From Candidatus Eiseniibacteriota bacterium (lineage in GTDB: Bacteria > Eisenbacteria > RBG-16-71-46 > CAIMUX01): a stretch of 64,000 nucleotides of DNA. The number at the start of each line of letters is the position of its first letter. The stretch's first letter is position 1. The position numbers and the translations under genes are program-made. The notes under the pieces are model-generated. The model was not told the origin of the DNA and searched no databases. It worked only from the letters and a program-made list of their open reading frames with translations. The DNA lies in the NCBI GenBank assembly GCA_963833505.1, contig CAWHYG010000007.1, positions 1,641 to 65,640 of the forward strand, read 5' to 3'. Shown here piece after piece: positions 1 to 9,203 of the stretch.

Positions 1-560
1 GGCCCGTTCAGGCCGCGCCGGAGTCGGCGGTGAAGAGACCTGGGCGACGCGCGTGTGTCGATAGAAGGTGGCCCGTGAAAGCCCGACGGCCGTGCAGGAC
101 GGCTCCACCCCGAGAGCCGGTGCGGCTTCACGCACGGCGATCACGGCTTGTTCCCTTCGAGCCGAGGCTCGGAGACCGGGATTCCCAGGGCGGTCGCAAG
201 TTTTTTGGAGCTCGATCACCAGATGGGCCTTCTCCAGATCGCGCCGCAGCCGCTGATTCTCACGCTCCAACTCGATGAGGCGCGGGTCTGGTCGCTTCGA
301 CTTCGGGCCGCGACGCCGTCCCTGACCGACCAGCGCTCCCTCGTCCCGTTGCTTCCTCCAGGCGCTGAGGACCGACGAGTAGAGCCCCTCCCGTCGCAGA
401 AGCGCCCCGATCTCGCCCGGCTCGCGGCAGGCGTCGGCCTGGCGGACGATCGAGAGCTTGTACTCCTTCGTGAACCGGCGTCGGGTCGCCTTGGCGCAAA
501 CCTCTGGATCGGGACCGGGGAGAGGGACGGGCGCGACCGAGGTAAGTTGCCTCCGCTACG
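1..560 (-). pseudogene. IS3-family transposase remnant (OrfA leucine-zipper region fused in-frame to OrfB N-terminus), truncated by window edge
   Basis: Minus-strand translation gives ...ATRRRFTKEYKLSIVRQADACREPGEIGALLRREGLYSSVLSAWRKQRDEGAL...RLIELERENQRLRRDLEKAHLVIELQK, then REQAVIAVREAAPALGVEPSCTAVGLSRATFYRH. The first block is a typical IS3 OrfA HTH plus leucine zipper; the second is typical of the OrfB N-terminus. An A6 run (caaaaaac) sits at the junction where IS3 elements normally have a -1 programmed frameshift. Here both parts are in one frame, and the usual OrfA tail (KKLATALGIPVSEPRLEGNKP*) is in the +1 frame. No start codon lies between the upstream in-frame stop (556-558) and the conserved N-terminus. 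Confidence 0.6.
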
Positions 561-636
561 CTCCGGGCGACTTACCTCGGCAAGATTCCCGGCTCTCCTG
601 GAACTCCTCTTCTCCATGACAAGACCTCCATGCCCT

Positions 637-1599
637 CTACACTAAACCCGAGGGGGAAAGTGTCTCACTGGATGTTGGCAAAAACTCCCATCCTACCGCC
701 GGGTCCTCACAAGCTCTCCGCAGCTCGCGAGTCATGTCGGCGGAGATCGTGAACTCGACCTTCTCGCGCCATAGGTACTTCAGCACCTTCTCGTCGTAAC
801 AGGCGCTGTCCCCGCGAAAACACCGGCGCTCCACACTCCGGGGCAGAGCCGAAAGCGCACGCGCGGCGATCTCTCGATTCCCCATCCCCGCGGGAACGTT
901 GCCGTCCCGATACTCGTCCGCTACGACCAGGTCGGCCTCCGCCCAAACCACCACCACCGGCTGAAAGCCTCGGCCACCTTCGTAGTGGGACAAGGCTTCC
1001 CGCCGACGACTCTCCACTATCGTCGCGTCCAGATCCAGCGTGGCCAACCGCGGACAATCCATCATCACTCCGCGATGCACGAGCCCGACGTTCCATCGGT
1101 GCAGGCCCACCAGCGGGACGCTCTCTGGTACGATCCATGCCCCTCCCGCCGGCCGCTTCGACAACACCTCCTCGTCGTGAAAGCTCATCAGAAAATCCAA
1201 AAGCGCGTCCGGTGAGGGTGCCCGCCGACCCAGCAGCCGACTCAGGCCCTGATCCCGAGCCAGGACCCGAATGTCCTCGACCCGCTCTCCCCCCGCCGCC
1301 AACATCAAGACAATCCACTGGAGCTTCTCGTAAACCGTGAAACCCCGCCGCCGGGAACCCAACGGCAACTCCCGCGCCGCCAACTCGTCCATGCCCAAGG
1401 CCAGCAGAAGTTCCGCCACCAAGGGCAGGCCCGCCTGAGACGTCATGTCCATCGGCCGAGACGCAGCCTCCATCCGGAACGGCAGCAACCCCTGTCGGTG
1501 CCGTGACCCCATCGCCAACCACCCCTCGGCTCCTTCCGAACGCACCCAGGGGATCGATCCCCCCAAAGTCTCGCAAATCGTCTCCCATCTTTCACCCAA
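637..1599 (-). pseudogene. IS1380-family (DDE_Tnp_1_4-like) transposase, C-terminally truncated copy
   Basis: This 320-aa ORF is identical over its first ~306 aa to the 500-aa ORF at 1785..3287, then diverges into 13 unrelated residues and stops. DNA at 693-1660 is near-identical to 2381-3345. Confidence 0.75.
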
Positions 1600-1660
1600 T
1601 GGGTGAGATCATCCTCAGGCCAGACACCAAACTACGGAGTTAGAGCGGAGTTGGGGAGCG
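693..1660 (-). mobile_element. Truncated IS1380-like element copy 1 (lacks the transposase C-terminal end)
   Basis: Direct near-identical repeat of 2381-3345. It ends at the same terminal sequence ...ctacggagttagagcggagttggggagcg as copy 2. Confidence 0.65.
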
Positions 1661-1678
1661 TCCCCAACTCCGCTCTAA
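1640..1678. repeat. Perfect 18-bp inverted repeat with 3-bp spacer: IS1380-like terminal IR abutted to an inverted solo IR
   Basis: ttagagcggagttgggga (1640-1657) + gcg + tccccaactccgctctaa (1661-1678). The left arm is the terminus of IS copy 1. The same terminus in copy 2 (3325-3345) is followed by unrelated sequence. Confidence 0.8.
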
Positions 1679-1749
1679 GGGGCCTTCGGCGGGCTTCCCG
1701 CCCGCTTTCCCCGCTGTAAGTCCTTGGCAATCCTCATCGCCTCCCTCAC

Positions 1750-3345
1750 CGGTTCCGCATTGGGGAGGGCCGGAAATCTCCGCTCTAAGAGAAGGGCAGT
1801 TCCGGAGACTCATCCGGGCTCGATCTCCAGCTGTCGGCCAATCCCAGCAGCTTGGCTCGCGCCGCGACCAACTCGTCTACCGTCAGGGGAGGCGCCGCCA
1901 GACGAGCGGTCAGCTCCCGGGCATGCTGCCGGATCATCGCGGCCATCGAGAAGAGCTCGTACCGCAGCCGCTTCGGTCTGGCTTCCCGGAGACGCTCGGG
2001 CAGAGCGTGTCGCTTGAGCAGACTGAGAACGTTGTACGTGATCAGGTTCAGACGAAACCAGGCGGCGTTGGCTCCGAATCGCTGACTGGGAACAATGCCC
2101 CCTCCCAGCTCGTTCTTGATCACGCCGTGCGTGTGCTCGATCGTGCCCGCCTTCTGCCAATGCCACCGAAGCAACTCGGTTGTCGACAGGTCTTCCCGAT
2201 TACTCACCACGGCCAAATGCTTCAACTCTTGCCCGCCGGAAAACAACGCCCCTTGCTTGGCCGTGAACCGCACCGCCACGTAACGCATCGGAGGTGCATC
2301 CTTCGGCCAGTCGCCCGGAATAAACTCCACCTCCGCCGCCTCCACGTACTCGCGAGGTCGGTCTTCCAGAAACTCCCATCCTACCGCCGGGTCCTCACAA
2401 GCTCTCCGCAGCTCGCGAGTCATGTCGGCGGAGATCGTGAACTCGACCTTCTCGCGCCATAGGTACTTCAGCACCTTCTCGTCGTAACAGGCGCTGTCCC
2501 CGCGAAAACACCGGCGCTCCACACTCCGGGGCAGAGCCGAAAGCGCACGCGCGGCGATCTCTCGATTCCCCATCCCCGCGGGAACGTTGCCGTCCCGATA
2601 CTCGTCCGCTACGACCAGGTCGGCCTCCGCCCAAACCACCACCACCGGCTGAAAGCCTCGGCCACCTTCGTAGTGGGACAAGGCTTCCCGCCGACGACTC
2701 TCCACTATCGTCGCGTCCAGATCCAGCGTGGCCAACCGCGGACAATCCATCATCACTCCGCGATGCACGAGCCCGACGTTCCATCGGTGCAGGCCCACCA
2801 GCGGGACGCTCTCTGGTACGATCCATGCCCCTCCCGCCGGCCGCTTCGACAACACCTCCTCGTCGTGAAAGCTCATCAGAAAATCCAAAAGCGCGTCCGG
2901 TGAGGGTGCCCGCCGACCCAGCAGCCGACTCAGGCCCTGATCCCGAGCCAGGACCCGAATGTCCTCGACCCGCTCTCCCCCCGCCGCCAACATCAAGACA
3001 ATCCACTGGAGCTTCTCGTAAACCGTGAAACCCCGCCGCCGGGAACCCAACGGCAACTCCCGCGCCGCCAACTCGTCCATGCCCAAGGCCAGCAGAAGTT
3101 CCGCCACCAAGGGCAGGCCCGCCTGAGACGTCATGTCCATCGGCCGAGACGCAGCCTCCATCCGGAACGGCAGCAACCCCTGTCGGTGCCGTGACCCCAT
3201 CGCCAACCACCCCTCGGCTCCTTCCGAACGCACCCAGGGGATCGATCCCCCCAAAGTCTCGCAAATCGTCTCCCATCTTTCACCCAATGGGTGAGATCAT
3301 CCTCAGGCCAGACACCAAACTACGGAGTTAGAGCGGAGTTGGGGA
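1750..3345 (-). mobile_element. IS1380-family insertion sequence, full-length copy 2 (boundaries approximate)
   Basis: Contains the 500-aa transposase. Terminal core cttagagcggag at 3324-3335 is inverted relative to ctccgctctaag at 1778-1789. The low-coordinate boundary is uncertain. Confidence 0.65.
1785..3287 (-). CDS. IS1380-family DDE transposase (500 aa)
   Basis: Motif ...HTHGVIKNELGGGIVPSQRFGANAAWFRLNLITYNVLSLLK is characteristic of DDE_Tnp_1_4 / IS1380-family transposases. The protein is full length. Confidence 0.8.
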   Translation of the reverse strand: MGERWETICETLGGSIPWVRSEGAEGWLAMGSRHRQGLLPFRMEAASRPMDMTSQAGLPLVAELLLALGMDELAARELPLGSRRRGFTVYEKLQWIVLMLAAGGERVEDIRVLARDQGLSRLLGRRAPSPDALLDFLMSFHDEEVLSKRPAGGAWIVPESVPLVGLHRWNVGLVHRGVMMDCPRLATLDLDATIVESRRREALSHYEGGRGFQPVVVVWAEADLVVADEYRDGNVPAGMGNREIAARALSALPRSVERRCFRGDSACYDEKVLKYLWREKVEFTISADMTRELRRACEDPAVGWEFLEDRPREYVEAAEVEFIPGDWPKDAPPMRYVAVRFTAKQGALFSGGQELKHLAVVSNREDLSTTELLRWHWQKAGTIEHTHGVIKNELGGGIVPSQRFGANAAWFRLNLITYNVLSLLKRHALPERLREARPKRLRYELFSMAAMIRQHARELTARLAAPPLTVDELVAARAKLLGLADSWRSSPDESPELPFS

Positions 3346-3624
3346 GCGTGTGGGCTAGCCTCAATGCGTCTTGCGCGGTGTTCGACATCCTGACCGCGTC
3401 CTCGATCAGCGGCGCATTCGCGAGCACCGGCCTTCCCTGCGACCACCCCGGCGGCTGTCTGACCGGTCAGCAGCTCACCGATCGCTGCCGCTCGACGGGC
3501 CACACGCTCGTGATCACCAGCAGCCGCAGAGCCAGGACCGTGCCTGTGGGCCGACCCCGCGGTCTTCACGGTCGCGCTCAGGCCTGTCGCCGCCCGTTTG
3601 GCGGCCTCCTCCGGTACCACTCCC

Positions 3625-4125
3625 TCAAAAGGCCCCCGCCTTCAGATTGCGACGGAATTCGTGGCCGGCCTCGGTGGAACCGACAATCTCGGTTACGACG
3701 CCAATGACCCCGCGCGTGTCGTAGTAGCCGACGCGCAAAATTGGCAACCGGAAGCTCTGGATCTGTTGATGGCCCGAGGACTCCAGGTGAGCGGCCGCGG
3801 CCTCATAGTCGGCATCATCCAGCCAGTACGCCACGTGCTGAACGGCGTCACCATGCCGATCCAGTGACTCCTGGTACATGCTGGCCCCCGAGATAGGCTG
3901 GATCAGTTCGATCTGGGTGTCGCCTGCGTAGGCGATGTGCAGGTTGCAGACCCAGTTCCCCGGCTTCCCGAGATAGGTGCCCTCGGTGTCCTTTGCGGTG
4001 AGGTTGTCCATGTGCAGGAAGCGGCTGACTCCCATCGTTTCAACGAAGAACTTCTCGGCGGCCGCAAGGTCTCGGACGACCCAGGCAACCTGGCAGAACG
4101 CCGGAGCAAGTGGTGTCTTTGTCAT
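3625..4125 (-). CDS. VOC-family (glyoxalase/bleomycin-resistance/dioxygenase fold) protein
   Basis: 166-aa ORF whose length and composition fit the VOC fold (…VAWVVRDLAAAEKFFVETMGV…HVAYWLDD…). Call from family resemblance only. Confidence 0.6.
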   Translation of the reverse strand: MTKTPLAPAFCQVAWVVRDLAAAEKFFVETMGVSRFLHMDNLTAKDTEGTYLGKPGNWVCNLHIAYAGDTQIELIQPISGASMYQESLDRHGDAVQHVAYWLDDADYEAAAAHLESSGHQQIQSFRLPILRVGYYDTRGVIGVVTEIVGSTEAGHEFRRNLKAGAF

Positions 4126-4269
4126 GTCTGGACTCCCGTGGTCTTGTCTGTGTTGAAGCCGTGCCTGGCCTGTCGTCGAGCGGCCCGCGATCCAGCGCTC
4201 GCGGATCGCGGGCCGATCTCCAGATCTTGCCGGTTCGGAGCGTGCCGGCGGACAGCGGTTCGCCGTTCG

Positions 4270-5197
4270 TTAGCGGCTCGCCGTCTGGGCGCCGCCGCCG
4301 CCGAAGGGCGGAGTCAGTCCCGTGAAATCTCCGATGATCTTGGCGTCATAGGGGCCGTACAGGCCCTTCTGGGTTGAGTAGCGATCATAGCCGACGTTGT
4401 TCCCGATCGGCCCGCCTCCGGCCAGTGGCAGCCCGTAGCTCGCCACGATCGTGCCCCCCTGGTTGACGCGGATGACCCGGTTGTTGAACTGATCGCTGAT
4501 CAGGGTGTCTCCGTTGTACAGACGCACGGCCCGGGTCGGCGCAGGTGCCGGAACGCTCAAAGGATCGGTGTTGGTCACATACTGCCAGACCACGATGTCG
4601 TTCTCGTCGACTTCGACCGCCCGCGAGTTCCCGGCGTCGGTGAGCAGGGTGTGGCCGTTCGGCAGGCGGCTGGCGAAGGCGCACGCTCCGAGGGTCCCGC
4701 CCGCCGTGTACACCTTGACGACCTGGTCGTCGTGGTTGACCTCAAGGGCCCGGTTGTTGTTCTCATCCGCGATCAGGACGTCGCCGTTCGCCAGAAGCTC
4801 CGCCGAGTTCGGACTGTTGAGCGAATCGGAGGGGTTGGTGTTCAGGCCGGGATAACTCCAGACGATCTGCTTGTCCGGGGTGACCTCGATGATTCGCTGA
4901 TTTCCCTGGTCGGTGATGAGAACGTCGTCGTCTGGCAGCCAGGTACACTGCACCGGCGTGTTGAGAGAATCAGGTCCCGAGCCCGTCTGACCGAACACGC
5001 CGTATTGCCATACGATGTGGCCGCCGTGATCGACCAGGATGACCCGGTTGTCGACTGCCCCGTTCGGAGCCTGGGGAATCACGCCCGGAGGATCCCCCGT
5101 GCCCGCCATGAGAGTGAGCCCGCCGACGCGCTCGGCATCGTTGACGCCGATGACCGACTGCTCACTGAAGTCGTTCGGCCCGAGCCCGCGGGATCCG
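4270..5197 (-). pseudogene. NHL-repeat beta-propeller lipoprotein, C-terminal portion (gene split by IS256 insertion)
   Basis: Repeated ...IADxxNNR(A/V)IEV... NHL units. The reading frame continues upstream of the annotated Met to the IS boundary (…GSRGLGPNDFSEQSVIGVNDAERVGG…). Confidence 0.75.
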
Positions 5198-6642
5198 TCC
5201 CGCCTTCCGTGGAAAAGAGGAGATGGCGTAACCTCCAGTTAGCCAATAACCAAAGGCTCGGACGAGCCAGGGAGGTTACGCCATGGGGGAGTCTACCACC
5301 GGACTGCGGGTCCTGCCCAGTCCCGAGGACATTCGTCGGTTGCTGAGGGTCAAGATCGTGGCCGCGGTTCAGGAGATCCTGGAGGAGGAGATCGCTCTGC
5401 TCCTGGGCTCGCAGCGGTATGAACGGACGGAGACCCGCAACGGGTATCGGAACGGTCGTGAACGGCGCCGGGTGACGACGGAGAACGGGCCAATGGAGCT
5501 GCAGGTTCCTCGAGCTCGGGTTCAGCAGCCCGACGGATCGACGGCCGAGTTCCGGAGCAGCGTGCTGCCGCGCTACCAGCGGCGCACGAAGCGGGTCGAC
5601 GACGCCATCCTCGGGGCCTACCTGGCCGGGGCGAACACCCGCCGGATCAAGAAAGCTCTGGAGCCGCTGCTGGGGGAATCGAACCTCTCCCGGAGCGCGA
5701 TCTCGCGGGTGGTACAGCGGATCCGGACCTCTTTCGAGACCTGGTCGGCTCGGGATCTGTCGGAAGACCGCTTCAAGGTTCTCTACTTGGACGGGATCCA
5801 CCTGAAGGTGCGGCTGGTTCGTCGGGTGGTCTCGGCGCCGGTCCTGATCGCGCTGGGGGTTCGGGAAGACGGCACCAAGGAGCTGGTCTCGCTCCGGCTG
5901 GCAGCGGCAGAGAGCGGCGCCACCTGGGAGGGGCTGATCGACGACCTGTCGAAGCGCGGCCTGGAGGCGCCGGTGGTGATGGTGAGCGACGGCCACGCCG
6001 GGTTGAAGCGGGCCACCGCCCGTTGGCCGGAGTCGAAGGTGCAGCGCTGCACCTGGCACAAGCTGCAGAACCTCCTGCAGCACTGTCCGCGCCACGCCCG
6101 CCCCGAGCTCAAGCGGGACTACCAGGCGATCGTCGGCTCCAAGGACGGCCTGGCGGCGCGCGAGGCCCGGGGGAAGTTCCTGCGGAAGTGGGGTTCGCTC
6201 TGCGCCGAGGTGGCCCGGAGCCTGGAAGAGGCGGGAGAACAGCTCCTCACCTTCTTCGAGTTTCCCAAGGCGATGTGGAAGTCGCTGCGGACGACGAACC
6301 CGATCGAGAATCTGAACCGGGAATTCCGCCGGCGAACCAAGACCCAGGGCTCGTTCTCCACCGAGGACTCGGCCCTGACCCTGCTCTGGGGCTTGGTGGC
6401 CTTCGGCCAGATCCGGATGCGGAAGATCGACGGGCACCGGAAGGTCTCGACCCTGCAGACCACGGCGAAAGCGAAGGCGGCCTGAATCCAGCGGAAGTTG
6501 ATGGTGGAAACGAATCACGAAACCCTCATGAACGAGGCGAACCGGTCGGAGGACCCGGGCTCCAGAAGGGAAAGTCGCCCTTCCGTGAGGACGATTGAGG
6601 TATCATCCAGTCACCCGGAGGTTACACATCCACTTTTCCACA
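5198..6642 (+). mobile_element. IS256-family insertion sequence (~1.45 kb) with ~27-bp imperfect terminal IRs
   Basis: Left end ...gtggaaaagaggagatggcgtaacctcc is inverted relative to right end ggaggttacacatccacttttccac. Flanked by direct repeat GGATCCG (5191-5197 and 6643-6649). Removing the IS plus one repeat copy rejoins the NHL ORF in frame (…GIRPGS|RGLGPN…). Confidence 0.8.
5283..6485 (+). CDS. IS256-family (Mutator-like) transposase, 400 aa
   Basis: Conserved C-terminal signature ...TTNPIENLNREFRRRTKTQGSF... and the DDE region. An internal hairpin ggcgtaacctcc/ggaggttacgcc (5225-5236 and 5271-5282) overlaps the RBS and start codon. Confidence 0.9.
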   Translation: MGESTTGLRVLPSPEDIRRLLRVKIVAAVQEILEEEIALLLGSQRYERTETRNGYRNGRERRRVTTENGPMELQVPRARVQQPDGSTAEFRSSVLPRYQRRTKRVDDAILGAYLAGANTRRIKKALEPLLGESNLSRSAISRVVQRIRTSFETWSARDLSEDRFKVLYLDGIHLKVRLVRRVVSAPVLIALGVREDGTKELVSLRLAAAESGATWEGLIDDLSKRGLEAPVVMVSDGHAGLKRATARWPESKVQRCTWHKLQNLLQHCPRHARPELKRDYQAIVGSKDGLAAREARGKFLRKWGSLCAEVARSLEEAGEQLLTFFEFPKAMWKSLRTTNPIENLNREFRRRTKTQGSFSTEDSALTLLWGLVAFGQIRMRKIDGHRKVSTLQTTAKAKAA

Positions 6643-6894
6643 GGATCCGGGACGGATCCCGAGCCCGTAGGACCACACAATGTCCCCGGTCGCGGTGGCC
6701 TCGATGACCCGGTTGTTGAACTGGTCAGCGATCAGGATGTCGCCCAGGCGGGTGGCGTAGCCTCCCTGCCCGGCTGACTGATCCAGGGGACCGACGGCGG
6801 AACCCGAAGGCGCCGGAGTCTGCCCCTCCCGCGAGCATCCGGCCGCCAGGATCACAACCGCTGCCAGCACGAGAATTTTCTTGCGACGAATCAT
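6643..6894 (-). pseudogene. NHL-repeat lipoprotein, N-terminal portion (lipoprotein signal peptide + first NHL repeat)
   Basis: MIRRKKILVLAAVVILAAGCSREG... is a lipobox-type signal, followed by ...ILIADQFNNRVIEA... The ORF runs into the IS256 right end, where it terminates. Confidence 0.7.
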
Positions 6895-7443
6895 GCAGCA
6901 CCTCCATCCAGAAACTCGACGACACGAAGGGGGCCAATCCCGGGTTCAGTGGCGGGCCGCCGGAGCGGCCGGCGCAGCACGGAGCCAACCCAATCCGCCG
7001 ATCCACTGAATCGATCTCACCGGGCCGCCGTGAACATATTCCGTTCGGCTATTCCCAGACAAACGCCATCGTTATTTCACCAAGATTGGCCTGAGATTAT
7101 CACATGCATCAATGGAGCGGGGCTTGATCTCACCACCTTCGCGATGCTAAGATTGTGGGTTGCGTTCCGCGGCGACGGCCCTTCGGACCGCCGAAGATGA
7201 GAGTCTTCGGGCACGTGGAGATGAGGGAAACCCCGGTGAAAGAACCAGACTTGCTTTGCATCCTGATGGCCACGGCGTTGATGCCGGTAGTCGCTAGTTC
7301 TCAACAGGTCTACAACCTGGTCAGCGTGACCGCCGGCGACCTTGCCGACTTCTGGGCGTGACGGCCGGCGGCGGGGGAGAAGCCATGGCGATCATTGAGG
7401 ATCTTCGCAAAGCAACAATCGATTCGGGAGACAGGCGGAAGAC

Positions 7444-7848
7444 TTGATGAGGAAGAGCGACACAGCGCAAGAGGCCGAAACACCATCGCGTTTGATCGAC
7501 GCGAGGATCAAGGAACTGGGGGACTGGCGCGGCGAGATGCTTTCCCGGATCCGCTCGCTGATCAAGGAGGCCGACCCCGATGTTGTCGAAGAATGGAAAT
7601 GGCGGGGCGTTCCGGTCTGGTATCACGACGGAATGATATGCACAGGCGAGACCTACAAGGACCACGTGAAAGTGACCTTCGCCAAAGGGTCTGAACTGAA
7701 GGACCCGTCGAGGCTCTTCAATGCCGGTCTCGAGGGCAACGCCAGGCGTGCCATCGACCTTCATGAAGGCGAGAGGCTCGATGGGCGTGCGTTCAAGGCC
7801 CTCATCCGGAATGCGGTGGAGCGGAACAGGTCGCGAGGCCGCGGCTAG
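7444..7848 (+). CDS. DUF1801 (YdhG-like) domain protein
   Basis: 134-aa ORF. The pattern ...WKWRGVPVWYHDGMICTGETYKDHVKVTF... resembles the DUF1801 family. Confidence 0.45.
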   Translation: MMRKSDTAQEAETPSRLIDARIKELGDWRGEMLSRIRSLIKEADPDVVEEWKWRGVPVWYHDGMICTGETYKDHVKVTFAKGSELKDPSRLFNAGLEGNARRAIDLHEGERLDGRAFKALIRNAVERNRSRGRG

Positions 7849-8624
7849 TGCGTTTCGCCATGCCACGCCGCGTCGACTACTCCGCCATCGCCGGAACCTA
7901 CGACCGACGCTACGAAGACCAGGCGTTTGACGGGGTCGAGCGGGCACTGCGCGGTTTCCTGGGCGATCGTCCGGGGGCGGTTCTCGAAGTCGGCTGCGGA
8001 ACCGGCCACTGGCTTCAGATCGCGACCCGGATGGCTTCCTGGGTCGTCGGAGCGGATGCCGCGCTGGCCATGCTCCAACGAGCAGATCACGGGGCTCGGG
8101 CGGCGCTCGCTTGCGCGCGGGCGGAGTCGCTGCCGTGGAAGCACGGGACTCTTGACCGGGTCTTCTGCATCAATGCCTATCATCATTTCGAGAACAGGAT
8201 CGAATTCGTGCGCGAGGCCCACCGGGTGCTCCACTTGCAGGGCGGACTCATGATTGTGGGGTTGGATCCGCACACCAGGCTGGACCGCTGGTGGATCTAT
8301 GACTGGTTTCCGCAGGCGCAGGCCGCCGATCTGGAACGGTATCCGTCCACCCAGACGATCCGCGCGCAGATGCTCGCCGCCGGGTTCCACGACATCCAGG
8401 TTCGAGAAGTCCAGCACCTGCCGGTGGGCCGGGCGGCGACCGAGGTGCTGGCAGGGGGAATGGCCGACCGGGGCTACACCTCCCAGCTGACGCTGCTATC
8501 GGCGGAGGAGTACGCGCAGGGCATCGATCGACTTCGCCGCGCAGTCGAGGCCACGGCGGCCACGGGAGAGGAACTGATCCTCTCGGCCGACCTCCGACTC
8601 TATGGCGTGACCGGTTGGGTCTAG
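7848..8624 (+). CDS. Class I SAM-dependent methyltransferase
   Basis: Motif I LEVGCGTGHW, followed by ...VFCINAYHHF... (Methyltransf_11-like). Confidence 0.75.
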   Translation: MRFAMPRRVDYSAIAGTYDRRYEDQAFDGVERALRGFLGDRPGAVLEVGCGTGHWLQIATRMASWVVGADAALAMLQRADHGARAALACARAESLPWKHGTLDRVFCINAYHHFENRIEFVREAHRVLHLQGGLMIVGLDPHTRLDRWWIYDWFPQAQAADLERYPSTQTIRAQMLAAGFHDIQVREVQHLPVGRAATEVLAGGMADRGYTSQLTLLSAEEYAQGIDRLRRAVEATAATGEELILSADLRLYGVTGWV

Positions 8625-9073
8625 GCCTGGCGCGGAGTCAGCCCGGCTTCCAGTTTCTCCAGCCGCTCCAGAATCGTGTTTATTGCCCCGTCCTGAGCCT
8701 CGAGGTGACTCTGGATCTGCTCGGCCTCGTGAAAGGTGGCTTCAGCGTCCTTGTACGTCAACTCCGCCCGCTTGTCGGAGGTCTGCCCCAGAATGCTCTG
8801 GCCCACCATGATCACCGACAGCATGACCAACTGGATGAACGTCTGGCTTACCCATTGGACCAAGGTGAGCAGGCCGCCGTGGATCGCATCCGGAAGGACC
8901 AGCAGAGCGAGGAGCGCAAAGATGTACGCACACCACATCGTCCCGACCGCTGTGGTCAGAATCAGGGCGATCCGGCCGTTGATGCCGACAAATGTGTCAC
9001 GGGTCTTCGGCGGCCCCGCGTGCTTGCGTTCCTCAATGTGAGGATGACTGTGATGCTGGAAGTTCAATCTCAT
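8621..9073 (-). CDS. DUF1003-like small membrane protein
   Basis: 150-aa ORF with two predicted TM helices and a C-terminal coiled-coil-like tail. Family assignment is tentative. Confidence 0.4.
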   Translation of the reverse strand: MRLNFQHHSHPHIEERKHAGPPKTRDTFVGINGRIALILTTAVGTMWCAYIFALLALLVLPDAIHGGLLTLVQWVSQTFIQLVMLSVIMVGQSILGQTSDKRAELTYKDAEATFHEAEQIQSHLEAQDGAINTILERLEKLEAGLTPRQA

Positions 9074-9203
9074 GGCCTGTCCCTCCCGTAGGCTTCGCGC
9101 CGTTGGATCGGACTGCCCACGCCCGTCCAGCGCCGTCCGGGTAGTATGCCTGGATTCACCCTGGGCGAACCAGCGGAAACGCAGCCAGGGTGTGAGCGGC
9201 CGT

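Noticed and set aside
3303-3620. 105-aa minus-strand ORF directly downstream of the VOC gene, running into the IS1380-like element end
   Set aside because: It could be the 5' stub of a gene truncated by the IS insertion at ~3345, but it has no recognisable motifs, so I cannot support it as a feature.
5079-6518. 479-aa minus-strand ORF
   Set aside because: Antisense to the IS256 transposase. Its Pro/Arg/Gly-rich low-complexity translation is typical of spurious high-GC ORFs.
9176-9203. 12-bp palindrome tcacggccgtga just after the TPR gene stop, as a possible operon terminator
   Set aside because: GC-rich and palindromic, but it is short, has no U-tract, and overlaps the stop-codon region. 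It is too weak to call as a terminator without transcript data.
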